Shown here: positions 60,956-64,000 of the stretch, piece after piece
Layout of the letters: each line of letters opens with the position of its first letter
Position numbering within the stretch: the stretch's first letter is position 1
Assembly (NCBI RefSeq): GCF_021028975.2
Contig: NC_059426.1
Coordinates: forward strand, 26,722,001 to 26,786,000
Origin: Sphaerodactylus townsendi
Lineage: Eukaryota
Direction of reading: 5' to 3'
Length of the DNA stretch: 64,000 nt
Position numbers and translations under genes: made by a program
The notes under the pieces: model-generated
The model's database searches: none
The model's input: the letters and a program-made list of their open reading frames with translations, nothing else
Told to the model about the DNA's origin: nothing

Positions 60956-62092
60956 TGGTATGTTCAAGGGATAGGGAAGAGTGACCTTAGTCCGCTCTTC
61001 CAGAGGAGTCTTATCAATGCTTTAAACTTCTTGAAGACAATTTGAGCATTTGCCATGAGTGGTGGAGTCCAGTTTGACTGGGAAGCTAGCATATCATGCC
61101 TGACCATGGGAGCCTATTCCGAAGTATTCCAGTAAGCCCAAAGATTTCATAGGGTTTTGTGGGGTTGTACTTCAAGGTCTTATCACAAATGATTTCCTCT
61201 CACCTCTCTTTCACTTCCTCCTTCCCTGCCCCCCATCATATGAAAATAAACTTCATTGATCCCAGTCATAAAGTTTTGGGTCACAGAGGTGGAGTGAAAT
61301 CTTTCCACTGCCTTCCATGGGATTTACCTGTAATGGGATTAAGTTGCAAAATGTTTATTTCGGAGTTAGGGCTGGTAATGTTGATGACCTGGTATCAGAA
61401 CCCCCCCCCCCCCGCACGCACACACACTTTTGTTGTGAAAGTAAACTCTACAGAAACTATTGCAGTTCCTTCCTTCCCCTTCCATTTTTCTCCCTCCCAT
61501 ATTTACTTGTGTATTTATATAATATATATGTTAACACATTTTACATAAATAAATACACATACACCCATATGATTGTGTAACATTTTCCCTCCAGTAATGA
61601 GCTACCCAGTATGACTGCACAAAAGAAAAATGACTCATTCTTCCAACTATTTTTATTGGACTACAGAAGCACAGGTTTTCCATAAAACATCGACTAGTAT
61701 TGAAAGGAAGGAAGCCACATAGTTTCCACATTTTCTTGAAAGTATCTCAGTGAGACTTAACCCACAATAACGTACGTCACAGTTACTTGAGACTTAATCC
61801 GCTGGACCAAGTGAGATTTATTTCCCACCAACACAACTGCCATTGATGATTTATGGAATTGTGAGTTATTTTATTAAGTACCAGTAAAAATAAACTCATT
61901 GCCGCTTCCAAGAAGGACCCAAGTGCGAACTTTCCGTTAGCACACAACTCTACCCTTCTCTCCCCCTTAATGTTTTTGTCATTTAAAAAAATGTAATACG
62001 CAACATTTATTCGTTTTAACGAATAAAGCGTTTTTAGTACATTGTGACTGGGAACTTGCTTTCTTCATGGCTCTGAGGGCTATTCTATGGTT

Positions 62093-62111
62093 TGTCCAGC
62101 AGATGGCAGTA
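62093..62111 (+). promoter_or_regulatory. CTCF motif upstream of HoxD12, opposite orientation to the other two
   Basis: TGTCCAGCAGATGGCAGTA is a full match to CCASYAGRKGGCRS. Confidence 0.72.
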
Positions 62112-62301
62112 TTATACTACATATTGCTGGGCTCACAAAGCAGTGGGCTGGCGTCATGATCTTCGGTACATTAACTGCAGCCAGCATTGTGTCTGTAGCG
62201 TCAGAGGGTATTTTAGCAACCACTGCTATTACAAGCAAACCGTACCTTTTTTTTCAGGGGCAGTTTTGCATATGCACTGAAAGGCCCACCCTTGTCACAA
62301 A

Positions 62302-62568
62302 AGGCAGCATGGTGAGTGGTCAAGAGCAGTAGACTCTAATCCCAGAGAACTGGTTTGGTGGACTCTTATCTGGTGAACTGGATTTGTTTCCTCACTCCCT
62401 CCACATGAAACCTGCTGGGTGACCTTGGGCTAGTCACAGTTCTCTCAGAACTCTCTCAGCCCCCCCTACCCCACAAGGGTAGTGGGGACAGGAAGTAGTG
62501 GGGAGAGGAAAGGCACAGGAGTTTGTAAGCTGCTTTGAGGATGAATACAAGCTCTTCTTATTCTATTC
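62302..62568 (+). mobile_element. Squam3-type tRNA SINE
   Basis: GCATGGTGAGTGGTCAAGAGC...GACTCTAATC...CTGGGTGACCTTGGGCTAGTCACAGTTCTCTCAG...TTGTAAGCTGCTTTGAG and a CTT-like tail. Confidence 0.8.
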
Positions 62569-62937
62569 CTCAGAAGTACAGTCCACCCTGATTAGTGTCA
62601 GCGTGGCAAATAACAAAAGAGAGGGGAGAGGGTTGAACACTAGCCTGTGTTGATTCTAGAGTAGCGCAGCTGAAGTCATGGGGGCTGCTGTAATACAAGC
62701 ATACTATATAGACTGTAGATGTGCAATCATAGAGAGAGTTATTCTAATCTAAACCCATTCCTGTATTGGATTCTGCTGCAAGTCTTGATGGTGGGCGAGT
62801 TTTGTGCTTGCAGTGTCTTTGCTTAGAGGAAGGCCTCGTTTCCTTAGACATGTGACTATATGAGGCTAAACCAGGTACAATTCTTCTTTCCCGCTCCACC
62901 CCACCCCTAATTAAATATCTCATTTTCTGCAGGGTGG

Positions 62938-63150
62938 CAACTCAGTGTGGTGTAGTGGTTAACATGTCAGACTAGTATCTGGGAGATCTGGATTTGAACC
63001 TCCACTCCTTCCATGGAAGTTCTCTGGGTGGCCTTGGGCCAGTCACATTTTTTCAGACTAACCTACCTCACCGGGTTGTTGTGAGAATAAAATGAAGGAG
63101 AGGCTTGTGGGCTGCTTTGGGTCTTCCTTGGGGAATAATGGGGGATTCAG
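62938..63150 (+). mobile_element. Older MIR/Squam3-like tRNA SINE
   Basis: GTGTGGTGTAGTGGTTA...CTGGGTGGCCTTGGGCCAGTCAC...ACCTACCTCACCGGGTTGTTGTGAGAATAAAATG. Confidence 0.75.
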
Positions 63151-63255
63151 AAGAATAACATCAAACTCCTTCAGCTCTGTTGATTCAACAGTCTACAGTC
63201 CAATTTCCGGTGTTCCCTGCGCTTATGCAACGTAGGGCTGCCCCAACCCCTAGAG

Positions 63256-63411
63256 CAGTGGTGGTGAACCTTTGGCACTCCAGATAAAGTTTATGGGACT
63301 ACACTTTGACGTTCCCATCAGTTATTTGGTGACCATGTCTGGCACTACAGACTGTTGGTAGGCTGATAGGAATTGTGAACTATAACATCTGGAGCAAGGT
63401 TCGCCACCATG
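63256..63411. mobile_element. Degenerate hAT-like MITE
   Basis: TIRs CAGTGGTGGTGAACCTT / AAGGTTCGCCACCATG, with internal CTCCAGAT...ACATCTGGAG similar to the 4522 element. Confidence 0.65.
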
Positions 63412-63518
63412 GCAGAATAAAATGTAATCCCTTTATCTAGATATAAAATTCCTCTATAACCTAACCAGAAACATGGGTCCTAGAGCATTTCTAGGTTGTT
63501 TCACAGGATTGATCCCAA

Positions 63519-63738
63519 ATAAGCATGGTATAGTGGTTAAGAGCAGTGGGCTTTAATCTCGAGAACTGGGCTTGATTTCCCTACTCCTCCACATAAGGCC
63601 TGCTGGGTGACCTTGGGCCAGTCACAGTTCTCTCCGAACTCTCTCAGCCTAAGCATTGGTGGGCAATGGCAAACCAGCTCCAAACATCTCTTGCCTTGAA
63701 AACCTTTTGAGTCACCATAAACCGACCAGGGCTTGACC

Positions 63739-63805
<67 letters not shown>
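63519..63805 (+). mobile_element. SINE with Squam3-type head, RTE/Sauria-type tail and (CA)n end
   Basis: The head matches the 62302 element up to CTCTCAGCC, then switches to GGCAATGGCAAACC...TCTCTTGCCTTGAAAACC...GTCACCATAA...CTTGAC and a CA run at 63740-63805. Confidence 0.75.
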
Positions 63806-63808
<3 letters not shown>

Positions 63809-64000
63809 TGAATAAGTTATTAAGGGATCAAAGGCTATTCATTTGTAGTTCAGTGTCATGACACTTGACCGAGAGGAAAAAAACGTGACTTCGCTATGAT
63901 TTGAAAGTAAGTTTCTTTGATCTCAATGGATTTCACCTCCAGTTAACAGTAACTGGATATGAGAAGAAAAATTGATAGAGAGCAATACAACAATTGGATA

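Overview
This window is the posterior half of a HoxD cluster from a squamate reptile, transcribed on the minus strand. It contains HoxD8, HoxD9, HoxD10, HoxD11 and HoxD12, each with two coding exons and canonical GT-AG phase-1 introns. An intact HoxD12 plus Sauria/Squam-type SINEs point to a lizard rather than a snake, plausibly a gecko (inference). HoxD13, HoxD4 and miR-10b are not visible. HoxD9 exon 1 carries a single frameshift, most likely an assembly error but worth checking. The flanks carry tRNA- and 5S-derived SINEs, Penelope-like fold-back relics with broken hammerhead cores, palindromic MITEs and a 55-bp minisatellite. Regulatory candidates are divergently oriented CTCF motifs, E-box/CCAAT promoters, nuclear-receptor sites around HoxD11, a miR-10 site in the HoxD10 3'UTR, and an overlapping HoxD10 uORF resembling the HOXA10 N-terminus. 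There are six N-gaps. I see no evidence of a wholly new protein-coding system; the novelty candidates are regulatory or structural. Comparisons with other species and repeat consensi are from recall, not from searches.
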